In this document: positions 1 to 13,659 of the stretch, piece by piece
Numbering within the stretch: the first letter of the stretch is position 1
Layout: each line of letters starts with the position of its first letter
Source: Harriotta raleighana
Taxonomy: Eukaryota
Assembly: GCA_050575255.1 (NCBI GenBank)
Contig: JBNZDD010013503.1
Span: 125,924-189,923, forward strand
DNA: 64,000 bases
Direction: 5' to 3'
Translations under genes and position numbers: made by a program
The notes under the pieces: model-generated
What the model was told of the DNA's origin: nothing
Database searches by the model: none
What the model saw: only the letters and a program-made list of their open reading frames with translations

Positions 1-1109
1 TGAGATTGAATATTCAAAGTCTAAAGCACCCATCAACAACCAGATTCCCACACATGCTGCCAAGTGCAATTGCAAAAGGGTTCAGTTTTTCTGGGAACTG
101 ATTTTCTGAATGGGTTTCTGTACGGGGAGGGCGGGCGAGCTCTGCACTTCACCCTTGCTAAGGATGGCAAAAAGGGTGCATCATACAAACCACTAGACTC
201 TTCTGATGGAGTCAGTGCAATAAAATGACACTGTAATTTGTTTAGTCAGGATTAAAGGCTTCTTTGAACAATCAAATCTTTTATACATTGCACATCAGAA
301 ATATGTTTAGCGAAACCACAATAAATGCAGTCTTTAAATAAAAAAGCACCAGCAATCTCATGGCTTTAACACAACCCACATGTTACATTTCACATATGGC
401 GACATTCCTCCATGATGGGAAATCTCTGCTGCACAACACAGCACTCCGCTGAGCCAGAGTGCTTTGATATCACAAGGTTTTTTGGTGTTTCCGTGACTTG
501 ACAAAGAAAAAGCAACAGGATTTATTTACTTATTGATGGGTTGGAGCAGATTTGTTTTCTTGGCCTGCTGTGCTTTGTTTTGTGAGGATGCCGAATGGCC
601 GGCTGGCTACCTGCTTATAAAGAGTTCAACATTAATCTAGCCAGTCAATAATTAACAGTGCTGCATTTAACAGTCTCACCAAATACCGAGTAAAAGAAAA
701 AAGCTTGGTCTGTAGTCAGCTCCCTGTGAAAGCATGCAAACAACAGCTCCCCTCTCCAGTGATAGCTCTGACTCTCAGGTAGGCAGCCTGGTAGTGAACC
801 ACATTAACAGGACAATAATCAGCTCTTAGGCTGAGCTGTAAACATCAGCAACATGGCTGCTTTCACTTAAGACTTGAGCTTTGATCTCAGGAAGTGTTTT
901 GGCAGGCTATGGGTTCTGGTCTTATCACCCATTCTCTTAAAATCAGTCTTAATTTGGACAGTAATTTCCACACTGAAAAAAATTAAGGCTCTTTTTCCAA
1001 ACTGCTGCAGAATGTTCTTACGTCTAAGAACGTTAGTTATTTTGGATCCTGGAGGCCTCCTCTTCTTCCCTTGGATGAAATGTCATTTAGAGTTTTAAAA
1101 AATAACAGC

Positions 1110-1358
1110 TTGCTCCAGGTCTCTGCTGCTCCTCCGGCCCAACCTTCAGCTACAGTGCCTCCACATTCGGGAACCTCCTCCATCAACATCGCCTCAAGAC
1201 TCTCCTCTTTGATAGACCCATCGGCAACTCCTTATCCTCCCCTTTCCTTCCCCCACCACCCCATCCTCAGCTCGGGTCTGAAGCAGTAACTGTCCAGTGC
1301 CTTGGGACATCCTCCTGACATGAAAGGCGCTATACAAGTGTAATTTTGTTGTTGTTTT
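1110..1358 (+). mobile_element. L2-clade LINE 3' end fragment with (TTG)n tail
   Basis: Ends in gggacatcctcctgacatgaaaggcgctatacaagtgtaattttgttgttg. Similar to the copy at ~47660-47872. Confidence 0.7.
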
Positions 1359-2491
1359 GTTCTCCCCATTTCTATCTTCAAAGGACACCTAGAAGCCTAT
1401 CTTTTGATTGTGCTTACAGTCACCTCGTTCCTAAGTTACCCCCCACCCCTGCCCGGAAGGAAATACCACCAGAGTGAGGGGCACTATATAAAGGGACGTT
1501 GTTGTTGTTGTAAAGCACTCCCAAGATGTTACTCTATGTGAAGAGCACTTTATAAATGTAAGTTACTGTTGCTCTGGACAGAAGGATATTTGCTAATTAC
1601 CAAGTCTGTCTGAAGTTTCCAGAACATTTATCACATCTGCAGAAGTCTGACATCTAATCTCAAGAAAAGATGCGTAGCAAAATTAAAGCAACAGTTAGAG
1701 GATGCTGACATGTGGCAGACACAGGAAATAAATATGAATGGAAATCAAAGAGATGAGATAGATTCTTTTGTTGCCTGAGAAACAAACCTCGTAAGCAACA
1801 TGGAATTCCTTTAATCTCAAATTAACAAAAAATGCTCCAGAGAAAAGCCCACATGAAAGACATCTCAAAGAGGAGAGATGAGTGTGACTAGGGGATAAGT
1901 ACTCAGAGCGGATATCAGGGCTCTGGCAGAGCAGCCAGCAATGGAAAGGGGAATGGAGGTTGGATCTTATGAGAATCGAATGAAAATTCCCACAGAACCT
2001 GGCTGGAGATCTTCATGTGTTTTCAAGAGTTGGTGTGAAGCAGAAAATGGCACAAAGAACAAAAGAGGGCTGGAAAAACTGGTCAGCTCCTCCACAACAG
2101 AGGAAGAACAAGGGAAGGATAACAGTAAAACTCAGCGGGTTTAGTTTGGAGTGTATGGACTGCTGAGAGGCATGAAACCTCATAGAACCTTCCATATGTC
2201 TTTCCTTCTCAGTTTTCCCTCTTCCCCTACTCTTAATGGTTATGCTTCAGGGCATGTTGGTGCAAAATGATTTCCATGAGTAAGATTTCCCATATATTAA
2301 CCTCATTCCCACAGCAGTGGGTGTCTAAGATAGAGAACTTGTGGGTGGGTGGGTGGTTGAAAAGAAGTGAATTAAAGTTATGTTCATTCCAAGCATTGAT
2401 GCATCACCTCGCTGTGTAACCAAGATACCCACAGATTTCTATTGCAGAACGATGTCAAGTAATAGCAGACAGAATTGTCTCAGGTTCCTGC

Positions 2492-2537
2492 AGCAGTGTT
2501 ATTGAAGAACCTGTAGCAATGTTATTGAAGAACCTAT
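2492..2537. repeat. 23-bp tandem duplication (agcaRtgttattgaagaacctRt x2)
   Basis: Directly visible; 2 mismatches between the units. Confidence 0.85.
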
Positions 2538-3984
2538 AGTCTTTACCTGCTCGACAGCAATAGGTGTGTTTTGATTCCTCACTCGAGACCAGCCAAAAGC
2601 TGAAGGAGTAATATTGATATGACGCCAAATTAACTTTAAAAACAAAAGTGTTTAGTTAAATGTCATCAACAGTGGATAAGGAGGTAAGTAAGAGCTTCTG
2701 TATGAAGAAGTTTTACTGTAGAGAACAGAAAGGATTTAGGGGTAGTGACTAGAAAGAGAAGGTGTATAGTTTAAGCTGTACACTAGTGCGCATATTTGCA
2801 GAGTAATCTGAGCTGCTTCAATGAAACAAACAGAATGATCTCACATTCCTCCTGGAAAATCACCTGTGGGAAGCTTCCGATAATAGTCATAGCTTCATTT
2901 ATTCCTGATCGCAAACATTTAAGAGGCTCTGCAGTCACTTTGCAAACTTTTTTTTGATGGGGGAGAAATGCATGAGGCAGACGTTGCCTCTCGGATAATC
3001 ACCCCTCACATTTGCTTCCAGCAGAGTTAAAATGCTTGAAGGTCAATGGTATTTTGGTTGTGCTTCTCTGATCTCCATCTCAACACAGAATTACAGGCAC
3101 CAGGTAAAAGGATTATTCATGATGCCTTCAGCAGTATTAAGAAACAGAATAATAGAGCAGGGAATATTCAATGGTTTAGAGCTTTTCTTCTCAAGAGTGT
3201 GCCGCAGGATCTTAAACGCAGGAGTCCAGCAGGAGTCTGATTTGAAGACCTTTCTTTCTGTGTAGAATGTCCAAAAGGCATTCCTAACAATAACACATTT
3301 CTAAAAACTCTTAAACAATTGAGGTAAACGACACAGCCCAATCACCTTGTGACCATTTGTGGAGCAAATAGCAAGTTGCTACTCTTGGTAGTAATTACCC
3401 GCAAAGCACTCAGAGATGTTTTGACATATTAAGACACTGTCAAAATCTAAAAAATATATCTTTCTGAATGTCATTTCATTGTATAATACAATAAAATGTT
3501 GTTTTCCCCCTTCCTTGATCAACTGTTTGTTACGTAAACTTAAAAGTAAATGCAATCACTATATTAATAGCCATTGCCTGTTGTACACAATGAAATCTAA
3601 CCACTTAAAGGAAACACTTTCAGGGGAGAAATGTTCACTTGGCAAAGGTCCAGGTCAGGAATGATTTGCAAGTCTACCTGGCTGACCTCAAATTCAAATA
3701 CACTGCTTAGAATCCAGGAAGTTCAAGCACATAGGGAGGGCTGTATAGTTATTATGCCCGTGCTTGTGCTATACTGTACTCACTGGAGAAATCTTTTTAC
3801 TTTTCACATCTCTTTAGAACTTCATTCACAGCGCTTATTGGGGGGGGGGGGCAGTCAGCTGGGTCATCTGACGCATTTGGAAACCCATTATTGTGCTTAC
3901 GATTCAAACCAATCTGAGAGTTTCTGTGCATTTCCACCAGCTCAAGGAAATTCCTGTGCAACCCAATAACTTGTGGGTTCAGGT

Positions 3985-4200
3985 GCAGCCTGGTGTGGTG
4001 CTGAGCCATGCAGATTCAAAGATGGAAGGTTTGACAAACTCTCTGTGCTAAATGAACTGACTTAGCCAGGATCACAACAATTAACCTGTGTCCTGGGGGG
4101 GAAGCGGGGGGGAAACCAACTTGGGTTCCTGTTGTTGATTGCTATCTAATGATCCCCTACTGGAAGGTGTGTAGCATCAGCCCGTAAGAGCAGGAATGTA
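3985..4200 (+). mobile_element. Old degenerate SINE-like element (family not named), related to ~41730-41935
   Basis: Shares ctgtgct...ggttcYtgYt...attgcta..tgatcc motifs with the 41.8 kb copy. Confidence 0.5.
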
Positions 4201-4353
4201 GGGAACATGGGAGTTTGTGTTTGACCTCATTTATTTCTAATTGATTATGTCACCACAGAAACCTGTATTGTGTTTCCCTGTCCCTGATTGAATTCCCAAT
4301 TGCCTGAGTGGTTTACATTTACTACAGATCATTTCTGAATTGAAAATAATATT

Positions 4354-4670
4354 AATAATCCTTACATTTGATACAGCACCAATAGTGGCAAAAAATTGCT
4401 TCACGGGGAATTGTTGTCACAAGTAGTAACTGTGTCTTTCTAAGTAAATGTAGACAACCACTTGCATATTGCAAAGTCCCACAAATAGCCATAAAGTGAA
4501 TGAATTGATCTCTAATGATGACCTGAGCAGGCAGACCTAACCTCAGTTTAACGTTTCAACTAAAGCCCGTGACACCTTTGACAACTGCTCCCTTGGAGAG
4601 TCAGCCTACACTGTGGGTTCCAAGGTCCCAATATGGGCCCGAACCCATGAGCATGTGGAGATAGAGCTTA
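4354..4670 (-). mobile_element. Old Deu-domain SINE (SacSINE1/AmnSINE1-like)
   Basis: Contains gcaaagtcccacaaatagc and cctgagcaggcagac...ctcagtttaacgtttca, recognisable Deu-domain blocks, plus the shared 3' tail. Confidence 0.65.
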
Positions 4671-4796
4671 CATTCTCTGTCTGTTTGGATGTACAAATGC
4701 TATTGGGAATCCATGGCCACAATCAGAGGTGCTGCCTGTGCAATCAACACTTGCAATACAAGTGCAACGCTGGGTGTTAAATATCCCTTTGGTTAC

Positions 4797-4946
4797 CTTA
4801 ATAACTCTATCATTATCTCTAATCAGCAGCCTCTTCTCATCTTCAAATCTTCCCACAGCTTCTTGGTGCTGTCTCTCCGCAGCCAGCTGCTGACGACTGT
4901 TCTCTTCCCTCAAGGTTGAAATGGCAGCCTGAAGCTCAGCTATAGT
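4797..4946 (-). CDS. CEP112: CEP112 exon K (150 nt): TIAELQAAISTLREENSRQQLAAERQHQEAVGRFEDEKRLLIRDNDRVIK
   Basis: Acceptor ttttcctttcag|ACT and donor AAG|gtaacc. Confidence 0.95.
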
Positions 4947-7900
4947 CTGAAAGGAAAACAGTAACTGAAAATCCCTGTTGCTTAAACATAGCTATTTGCT
5001 TTAGTTTGAAAATGCTTTGAAGCGCGATAATAGCTGCAGAAATATTTGAAACTGTATTTATCAGCTGCCAAACGCGGAACAGATTCAAACTTTCTCAGGA
5101 TCTGTAATTGTGGTGGAATTTGCAGAGGATGGGAATGTGCGTGCTCTCTCAGTACCGTGAGATTCCACATTAACAGGTACCGCATACATGAAGTGGCCGC
5201 AGCATATTGCTTCAACTCACTTTGGTTCAGAGAATTTTTGGTGAACCCAATGGTAAAATAATTGCTCTCGACCTGAATCTAGTACACCAAAAATAAACCA
5301 TAATGTAGTCTAGCAATGGCGTAAAAGCTATTTGTAAAACTGCGATCAAGGAACTCAAAACAAAATGGTGAACTGGTGCTCTGGGACACGCCTCACCATA
5401 ACCTAATGCCTGTCCACACACCCCGTGCTTTACAGTACTCTTAATTTTCTGGCTGTGCTTAAAACAATAGGGAACTGACAAGATGGAAGTGGACATTTTG
5501 TACCTCCAAGAAGGGTAAAAATATTCTCAATTAGAGTTAAGCCGATGAGAAGGGAATTCAGAAAACATCTGGTTCTACCCCCTGAAAAACAAGGGTTTTA
5601 ACCTCCAGCGTGGGCAAGCGAGGCTGCCACACCTGTTCACTTTGCTGCAGAGCGCACGGTTAGGCGATACGGGCATAGTTGCCAGGCAGCATTGCGAACA
5701 TCCTGAGGAGTGGATTGGGTAAATATCTATGAGGAACAGTGACCCATCCATTGCAATTTGTGGGATGAATGGAAGCCTCTGTGGTATGTGGTATTTATGA
5801 AGAATTATTAGCTGTGATTGATGCCTGATGCCATTTACATACTGTGCGAGCTATAAACCCATCAAATTCCCAAGGCACTGTTACTATAAATTTACTACAA
5901 AAAGATCTGTTAGGAAAAGCAGGCAAAAAAATCTAATTAACCGCAACAAGTTAAAGCTTTGGTTTTGAAATTTCTGATATCTTCTGAACTGGCTTGAGAT
6001 ATGAAAAACCACTGGTGATCCTGCCTGTCAGCATTGCCTTGTACTGTACTGCACATGGTTGTCAGCCAGTTCATTAATCATTACCCAGCTGCAACAAAGA
6101 GGAAAGCTATGGAGCTGGTATTTGACGTCAACAAATCCATTCAATGTTAAAAGGTTTTATCTGGACATTACGATTCATTGTTTAACTATCTTTAGCATTA
6201 AAGTACAGCTTCATCTGGCACACAAAAACTGTCTGATGGCGCGGGGTGGGGGGGGGGGGGGGGAGGAGGGAATAAGCATTCACCCTATCATTCATCATAT
6301 CACACAAGAAGAAGGCTAAAGATTAGACAGGTGCCACAGATTTTCAGATCAACAACAATATACATGAGTAGGATGAAACATTGCAAAGCATTTCACGACA
6401 ATCATTTCAGGGATCTCAGGGCGGAACTAAGGGGGAGTTTGAGGACGTTGTCTAAAAGCCTGATAGGATTTTAAGAGTTATCAAGAGGTGCTACATAGAA
6501 TGATTCAGCCTGGAAACAAGGCCATTCAGACCAACTTGTTTATGCCAATATATATACTCCACAGGTGCCTCAAGCACTCCAAATCTTATCAAGATGGAGG
6601 GATCAGGGGATAGAATCCAAGAGAGCGTGGGTATGGTAGCTAAAGGCTCAGACGTGCTTTGTGGGATTGAGAATCGAGCAGGAGACCAGAAGGGAGGATT
6701 GCAACCAGAGAAAACACCTGGATTGGGAGTGTGAGTCACAGTTGTTGGAAGTCTTGGTTTCCCAAAAATCTTCAGTTCCACAAGATCTGTTGATCTTGGG
6801 TGCGTTTGCATGAGAGTCAAGAGGATAGTGCTGGTACTGGGAGAGACGTGCTGACCTGAGGAGAAAAGTGGTCCTATCTTGGCAGCACCACTGGGGAAGG
6901 AAGTGGTGGAATCAGGAAATGGTAGTTGATAAGAGGAACGATTATGAAGAGACTATATTGGGTGTCTGCTCCAAGTAAAGATCAGTTCCCTCTCTTTTTC
7001 CTGTAAAATTTATCTGCTGCAGTATTTTTCTATTTACTTAAAATGGTGTAAATTTAGGAATATTATCCATCTCTTTTCTGCTCATCACCCAGCCACTGAA
7101 CTTCACACCATTAGCAAACAAAAGTAAAACATGTCTGTACAGCTAAGAACCTTTCAAGTCTGGGTGATGACTGAAAAGTGCTTCACACGACTGACGAGGA
7201 GCCTGAGCTAGGGGTGGGGGAAGCAGAACTGGGGAGGCAAAAAATGGTCAAAGACACAGTCGGAGAGATAGGTCTTAAAACGCAATCATTACATCATCAT
7301 GCTGGGAAAGTCAACACTGCTTCCTTTCAAATAACAAAAGCTAGATACCACAAACCGGATACAGCCTGTACTTAACTTTTGGGCTGTAATTTAAAGTCTG
7401 CCTGAAAACTGCCTTAAATTGAGATCATGTAGAAATTTGGAATATTCAGTATGATTAAAACGGCTTCCAAATTCATACTGAATTTAAGAATTTTCCAAAA
7501 TTCTGCAAAACTACAAAAGCAAATGACATTTATATAATGCATTTCATATCGGGACGATGTCCCAAGCTGCTGTACAATATCAAAGGAACGGTCTTAAGGC
7601 TAGGTGTAAGAAATTTCAGGCTTCTGAATTCAATAGCTTGTCAGCCCACGATACACAAGCCAAGTCCAATCTCACCACTAACTATGTTAAGTGTTCTTCA
7701 ATTTTTCATTGTGCTATGGGAAGCAAAGGCAAAGCAGTTGACACATAAATGACATAGTTAAGTTCAAAGAGCCTTTGACCAGGAGAAATGCTGAATTTTT
7801 CCCTGTTTTATGGCCATTTGTTCCCATTTGAGCTTGAAACTGAAGAAGATTTTTCAATGTAGGCCATCGATCAGTCAGTCTCTCAATGTAGCAACAGCCA

Positions 7901-9810
7901 CTTGTCACTTCAGCGTTCTGTACTATAGGGAAGTAGGAGTCCTTTCATGCCTGGTAACTCAACAATTAGCTGACAGGAAGCGTATAATTCAAGGAGTGAA
8001 CAAGACAGAGTTTATATTCTTCATCGGGGCCAGTGCCAGTTGGCAGACCCATGATAGAATATACCTAGGAATGAATAACTGTGCTGGGACTGATTTGAGG
8101 CTTAAATGAAGTCTCAGACCCCTGGAGTGTTTAATAAAGGTTAGCTGCATTCCAACAGCCACTTACTCAACTCCTACATCTGTACATCCTCAGACCATTG
8201 TCTGAAAATGTAAAATCATATAGCATTGTGGAATATTTCTGAAGTCAGTCTTAATTTGGAAGCTGGTTCTATTTAAGAACTGTGAAAACGGCCATAAATG
8301 AGGGCTTTTTGAAAAGTAGAGGAATAGACATGAGAACAAACTATTGTACCAGCACAGACAAGAGACAAGGAAGTTTAGTATAAAGAGTTTCAAAGAGGAA
8401 GTAGGCAAGCCCTGGAAATAAAAATAATTCAGAGTTATTAGCATGGAAGGATATTTGAGGAAGCTGGATGGGTAGTTGGATGGGTCAATCACTATCTGTT
8501 GGTTGGTGCTCTATCCCCTCACTCTGGAGTCTCGGATTTTGAATACGTCTATTTCTGTTTATTTTGAAAACACACAAAACCTCTTTTTGCATGCAGAGAC
8601 CATCAGTTTCTAATCAATGCAACAAATGGTAATCTCACAGGTGGTTCTGAAAGATAACAAAATCAGTGGAGTGACCAGTACTGGTCGAGAAAGATGACTG
8701 ATGTTCTTCACCTCCCTGCAATTTGGTTGGAAAGTGCAAGTTTTTCCGAGCTAAGCCATATCAGAATGGTGTGAAGCCTTGCTGGCTATCCCTATGACTT
8801 TAATCGTGGGTATAAATGAGATGCAGATTCATGGTTTTATTTGGGAGAAAACAGCTCAACACAGTTTTCTGTGCAAAAGGCACACAATTGTAAAATGAAC
8901 ATCAGTTGCATGGCAAAGGGGTGGGGGTTAATGTATTGTGGGTTCAGTAAGGATGGCTGGAGCAAGACCCTAAGTGGAATGTTCCTTGTGTAGGAGTTGG
9001 GAGTGAACATTTTAAGAGAGCGCTGAGAGCTAGATTGGACTAATTTTGTCATTGGGAGAACCACATGAAAGCTACTAATGGCCCACTATTACTATTGCGT
9101 CAACGTTCTTACTCATAATTATATCACATTGTGGATACACAGACGTACCATTTAGCCTAGAGGAGGAGGAGGAAAGCTTTTTTGTTGTATTTTGGCACTT
9201 CACCCCATTTGCCTGCTCCTGCTAGGGTTGGCATTTTCACCTCTTAATTAGCAGGGCACATTGCTGCTGCCTTTCAGAAGGATTTCTTTATTTCTCAGTG
9301 GAGTGAGCGGCTGCTTTCCTGTTCGGAATTTCACTCCCATTTAGCCTTTGCTTTTTGGCCTTGACAACAAGCCAGCAGCACTTAACAGCAATGCGAGAGT
9401 TGCAGTGCGCTGCTCTGGATTAACAATCATTTCTGAGTGGATGTACTTTACTGACCCTAAGTGGCTCTGGACTGGTTGAAGAAAGGTTTAGAGAGAATAA
9501 CAGTGATGTTTAGAACAATTGACACAGCTAGGTGGCAGGGCAGGTAACACACTCGTGCCTGAGTCCATGCCAGGCAAGATCAGGTTCAATTCCAATCTGC
9601 CTAGCAATCCTCTCCCTCCAACCAGTGAAGTCAAAGAATATACATGAGGGAGGCAAAATGCCCAGTGTGACAGAGAAACAGAGAGAGAGAATATAGAGAC
9701 ATACACAGGATAAAGAAATCTCTGAAGGTGTTGTGCAAATGGATTATCCCAGCCTCCTGTGTGTATGGATGCATGGATGGATGTGTACAAGTATAAGCTT
9801 TTGTACGTGT

Positions 9811-9925
9811 ATAATAATAATCATCCTTGATGTGGCACCTTATCATGTTGACGAAACATCTCAAAGCAATTCATAGGAATTTTACCATGAAGTGTAAGTG
9901 ACTGTGTATTTGTAGACAAATATGT
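9811..9925 (-). mobile_element. 3' fragment of the (TTA)n-tailed SINE
   Basis: (TAA)n followed by tcatccttgatgtggcacctt...catctcaaagca...gactgtgtatttgt. Confidence 0.65.
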
Positions 9926-10957
9926 GAGTATGTGTGCCTGGGGGAGGGGGGCCTACAGATTTAAACAGTGAACATGTCTAAGGCCCCAGCCCTCAACGGA
10001 GTTGTACATGTATGGGTGTGAGTATGTGAGCATGTGCAAAATCCAAGTCGCGAGCAGTCTTAACAGAGAACACAGGAAGGATATTACCAGAAGTAAAGTA
10101 CTCCCAATGCACATGCTAAGCAGTTGGCACACTTAACCACTTTCAATTAAAAAAATATGCAAAACTGTTCGGGAAAGGAAGGGGTTAAACCTCTTTTAAA
10201 AGCAGGGAATGTTGCAATATGCAAAGAATCTGCTGAACAAAGGCTGCACACCCACTTAATCTCATTAAGATACTATTTTGTAATTCGAAATCTTGGCGGT
10301 CGGTTGGTCGAGCGATCCTCTCACTAGCACTGCTTCCTGCACTGCGCTGCACTGACCCATTATAGTGCAATATCCTTTCTTTCTGGCCTTGCTTGAGACA
10401 GACAGTCAGACAGACAGACAATCAGGAATCAGATCTTGCCACACCTTATAAAATGCTGGAGTGGCTGGGTAGCTTCGTCCCGTTTCTGTAAAATTTTAAT
10501 TAAAACAGCTGCCTTGTTTTTAAGGTGGATCAGAGGCAGATGGCAGCAAGGCCGGCGCTTTACTGTCATCTTCACTGATTACATCTACTGTAGGACAACA
10601 GTATAGGACACAGAGGAGAATGTTTGGAGTGCTTAAGTCTGCAAACACAAGCTCCCTCCCTTTCCCCCAGCAACTGCAGCTTCTGAAGCACTAAAACACA
10701 AAGCTCACATTTGCAAATCGCTGAGTACATTCTAAGCGTTGCTAATTGTTTTACTTTCACTACAGTTAGATCATTAGTCGTTGACAACTCTATTTTTAGC
10801 ACAGCAAACATGTTATAAAACCTTACTGTTTGTTGTCCGTAGATATTTAGAAAGGGGGGTGGGAGTGGGGTGAGGGTTGAGAATTTAGTAAGGCACATTC
10901 ACACAAGCTGTGTACTTGACATGGGTTGTTGCAGTTTCTAAAATCTCTGAACCGTAC

Positions 10958-11020
10958 CTGTGAAGATTTTAAAAGCCTCTGGCTGTACTCTTTATCAATC
11001 TGCTTCAACCTGCTGCTGGT
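10958..11020 (-). CDS. CEP112: CEP112 exon J (63 nt): TSSRLKQIDKEYSQRLLKSSQ
   Basis: Acceptor ttttgtttttgcag|ACC and donor CAG|gtacgg. Similar to human ANSKLKQIEKEYTQKLAKSSQ. Confidence 0.93.
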
Positions 11021-13659
11021 CTGCAAAAACAAAAGGAGAAATGTAAGATGAGATGAGGTGGGGGGAGGGGGTGGTGGGGGAAGAGGAGAAGAAGGGACCG
11101 ACGCGCATAGACACTTGCTGTTGACCCAGAACCTTGGCACCTAATCAGTATGCCTATCACTTAGGATCTAGGCTCGGTGCCAGCTCCAACGCCCCTTCAT
11201 GGCAACCAAAAGCATAGGGCTTTGCTTTGATCTGCATCCAAGCAGTCATCACTTGAAAGGAAAAAAATCTACCTCTGCTGCCAATTATTAGAAAACATAA
11301 AGGGCTTTCTGGATGAAAAATGACAGCATAAAGTTTATCAGAATGACTTCACCTTAGTAAAAACAGAAACACATGCTCCGATCAAGGCTGTGAAGGTACA
11401 ATACGACACGTATGTTTTCGAGTGCCAGATGATGTTTAAGAGTTGGGAGAGAGGGAAAGAGAGAGAGGAAAGGGGTGGGGGGGGGGAGAAGAAGAGGGAA
11501 AGAAAAACCGACAGTAAGAAACTGCAAAGCAGAAACCGCCCAAGGGAAGAGGCAACAGCATTCTCCACCATGGAACTGGGATTGCAGCCTGCACTTGAAA
11601 CTTCAAAGAGTTTGCACACTTAATGTAAATGTGGCCATTAGCAATAAAGTACTCCACCTTTCTGCAGTGAGACCATTAAATATGATTACTGCTAACATTA
11701 TTGCAGTTTAAGCAGAGAAGGATCTGACAATTCAATGCATTCAGAGAAAAGTATTTATGCAAAACTAAACCCAATTACGGATTTAATTTTTGATTGAACT
11801 GAAAAAGGCAAAAATATTTTCCCAATGCATTTGTCTGATTTAAGCTTACATTATTTTCAGCCTTTTAAGTCTCCCTCATGCCAGGCACCGTCACAAGCAC
11901 CTGATGAGCGTGTGGGAAGCTGGTGTGGGGGCTATTGTGTGGGGGGTGATTGATTCTGCTCTGCACCTCTCTCTCTCACTGCACAATAAGGACACCAGGG
12001 GCTGGGAGAAAGTGCCTGTATTGACAAATGAGTAGTGCGTGTGTGTGTGATGCTGGAAGTAGAAAAAGTCAATTTTGTTAGTCTCTCCACACCATACACA
12101 CACCTGACAGAGGTCTGGGAATTCACGGCAGGGGCATTCCACCTCCTGCCTTACATTTAATACTGAATCATTTAGTACAAACTGCCTGCCAGCTCACCTT
12201 GCAGTCACGTTGACCCCTGTCATTTATTTCCCGTGGTTTATTTTTGCAAAATCAACCAGTGCAATTGATCACCAGTTATGATTGCATAATAATTTACGTC
12301 TGAACTAGAAGCACTGCAGGAATTGGTTGGTTACTCAAAGTTGTTTTAGGAGCTGCTTTAGAACAGGGTGCGTTTTCGTGAGCCAAGCAATGGTTTGACA
12401 CTGTAATCGGAGCATCTCTCTATTTCAGACCTTTCAGAGCCAGTCTTCTCTCTCTACATGGCATCCCAATGATAAAACCTTGCCAGGAATATGGAAAGTA
12501 ACTCTGACTGTTCCGGTCTCTTGTTTTTTCCAGGGTTTGATTACACAGGAAAGTCTAGCAATTCAGTGTGATGAATCTTTGCATCACTGACTCACTCACT
12601 CCAGGTGGCAGGGCTGCTGGAGTACATACAATACAAAGCCTCCGGTATGAATTGACTGCATCAGCTGAGAAGGGAAACCGGTTTGGCAATCAGTGAGTGA
12701 AAATTCTGTCCCACCTATTCAAGCGACAAAGAGGCAAGAGAGAGAAATCCACCCATTTTCATTCAACAGTTGTTTTCAATCTTGTTGCCCTTCCGAGGCC
12801 CGAAATTGCATCCAGTCATAGCCTGTAGAAATATTTTGCCTTAAAATTTAAGACCAAACAATGTGGAACATTCTTAAAATGCTGTTTTAACCACTAGTGT
12901 GAGTAGTTCCTTCACCTGCCCATCACCCTATTGCTTAGCAAAAAATCCCTCTTGATTTGGAAGATATTTTTCTGAAGTTCATAAAAACAAATTGGATTCC
13001 AAATCTTAAATCTTGAGACTAAATGGCTTTGCAGCTAAGACTGGCTGGAATTTCAGACCTGTTGATCGAAAGTAGCCGTGAACTTAAGGCTGAGCACAGG
13101 TACTGTTGACCCGCCCAAGAATCACTTCACGTGCACTAAACATTGGAAGCTCCAACCTGCTCCGTTCACTGTATGATCATGGCTAAGTGCTAAAGCACCG
13201 ATGGAAGGCAACATGCACAAGAGGCCTGCAATTTGGAGTGTGTATGTTCCTAGCATTTTGTCAGTTGACTGAGCTACTGTGCAAAGAATAGTTCCTACAG
13301 TTTATATGGCTCCAATTTCGCTTTAGAACAGAGACCAGAGAAAGGAAAGTGGCTATTTGCAAAGACTGCCACTCAAGATCGCTCAGTACATTCACACTGG
13401 AAGGTGCAGCGATCACAATGATTTGATCGTTTCTATTTCTGTGCTGACTCTGTGCCTCCAGCCTACAAGCAACAAAGTGCAGAGTGTTTCTGTGCAAACC
13501 CGAGGATTTGCTTTTGTAATAATAATAGAAAAAATCATTGAACACAAGTCAAGGGATGTTAGATGTGGAGTAGAGATGACAGTGAGCTGGCCGAATTGAA
13601 TGTTTTTTTTGTCCATGACACCATAAGGTGCCCACTTGTCTCAGCTCAATGCACTCTCT

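Noticed and set aside
6600-7000. Possible degenerate CR1 ORF1 (esterase-like) remnant
   Set aside because: The resemblance is too faint to support by eye.
11059-11095. G-quadruplex-like G runs (also ~34613-34645, ~44940-44975, ~50615-50641)
   Set aside because: Poly-G/C runs are frequent throughout this window and nothing indicates specific function.
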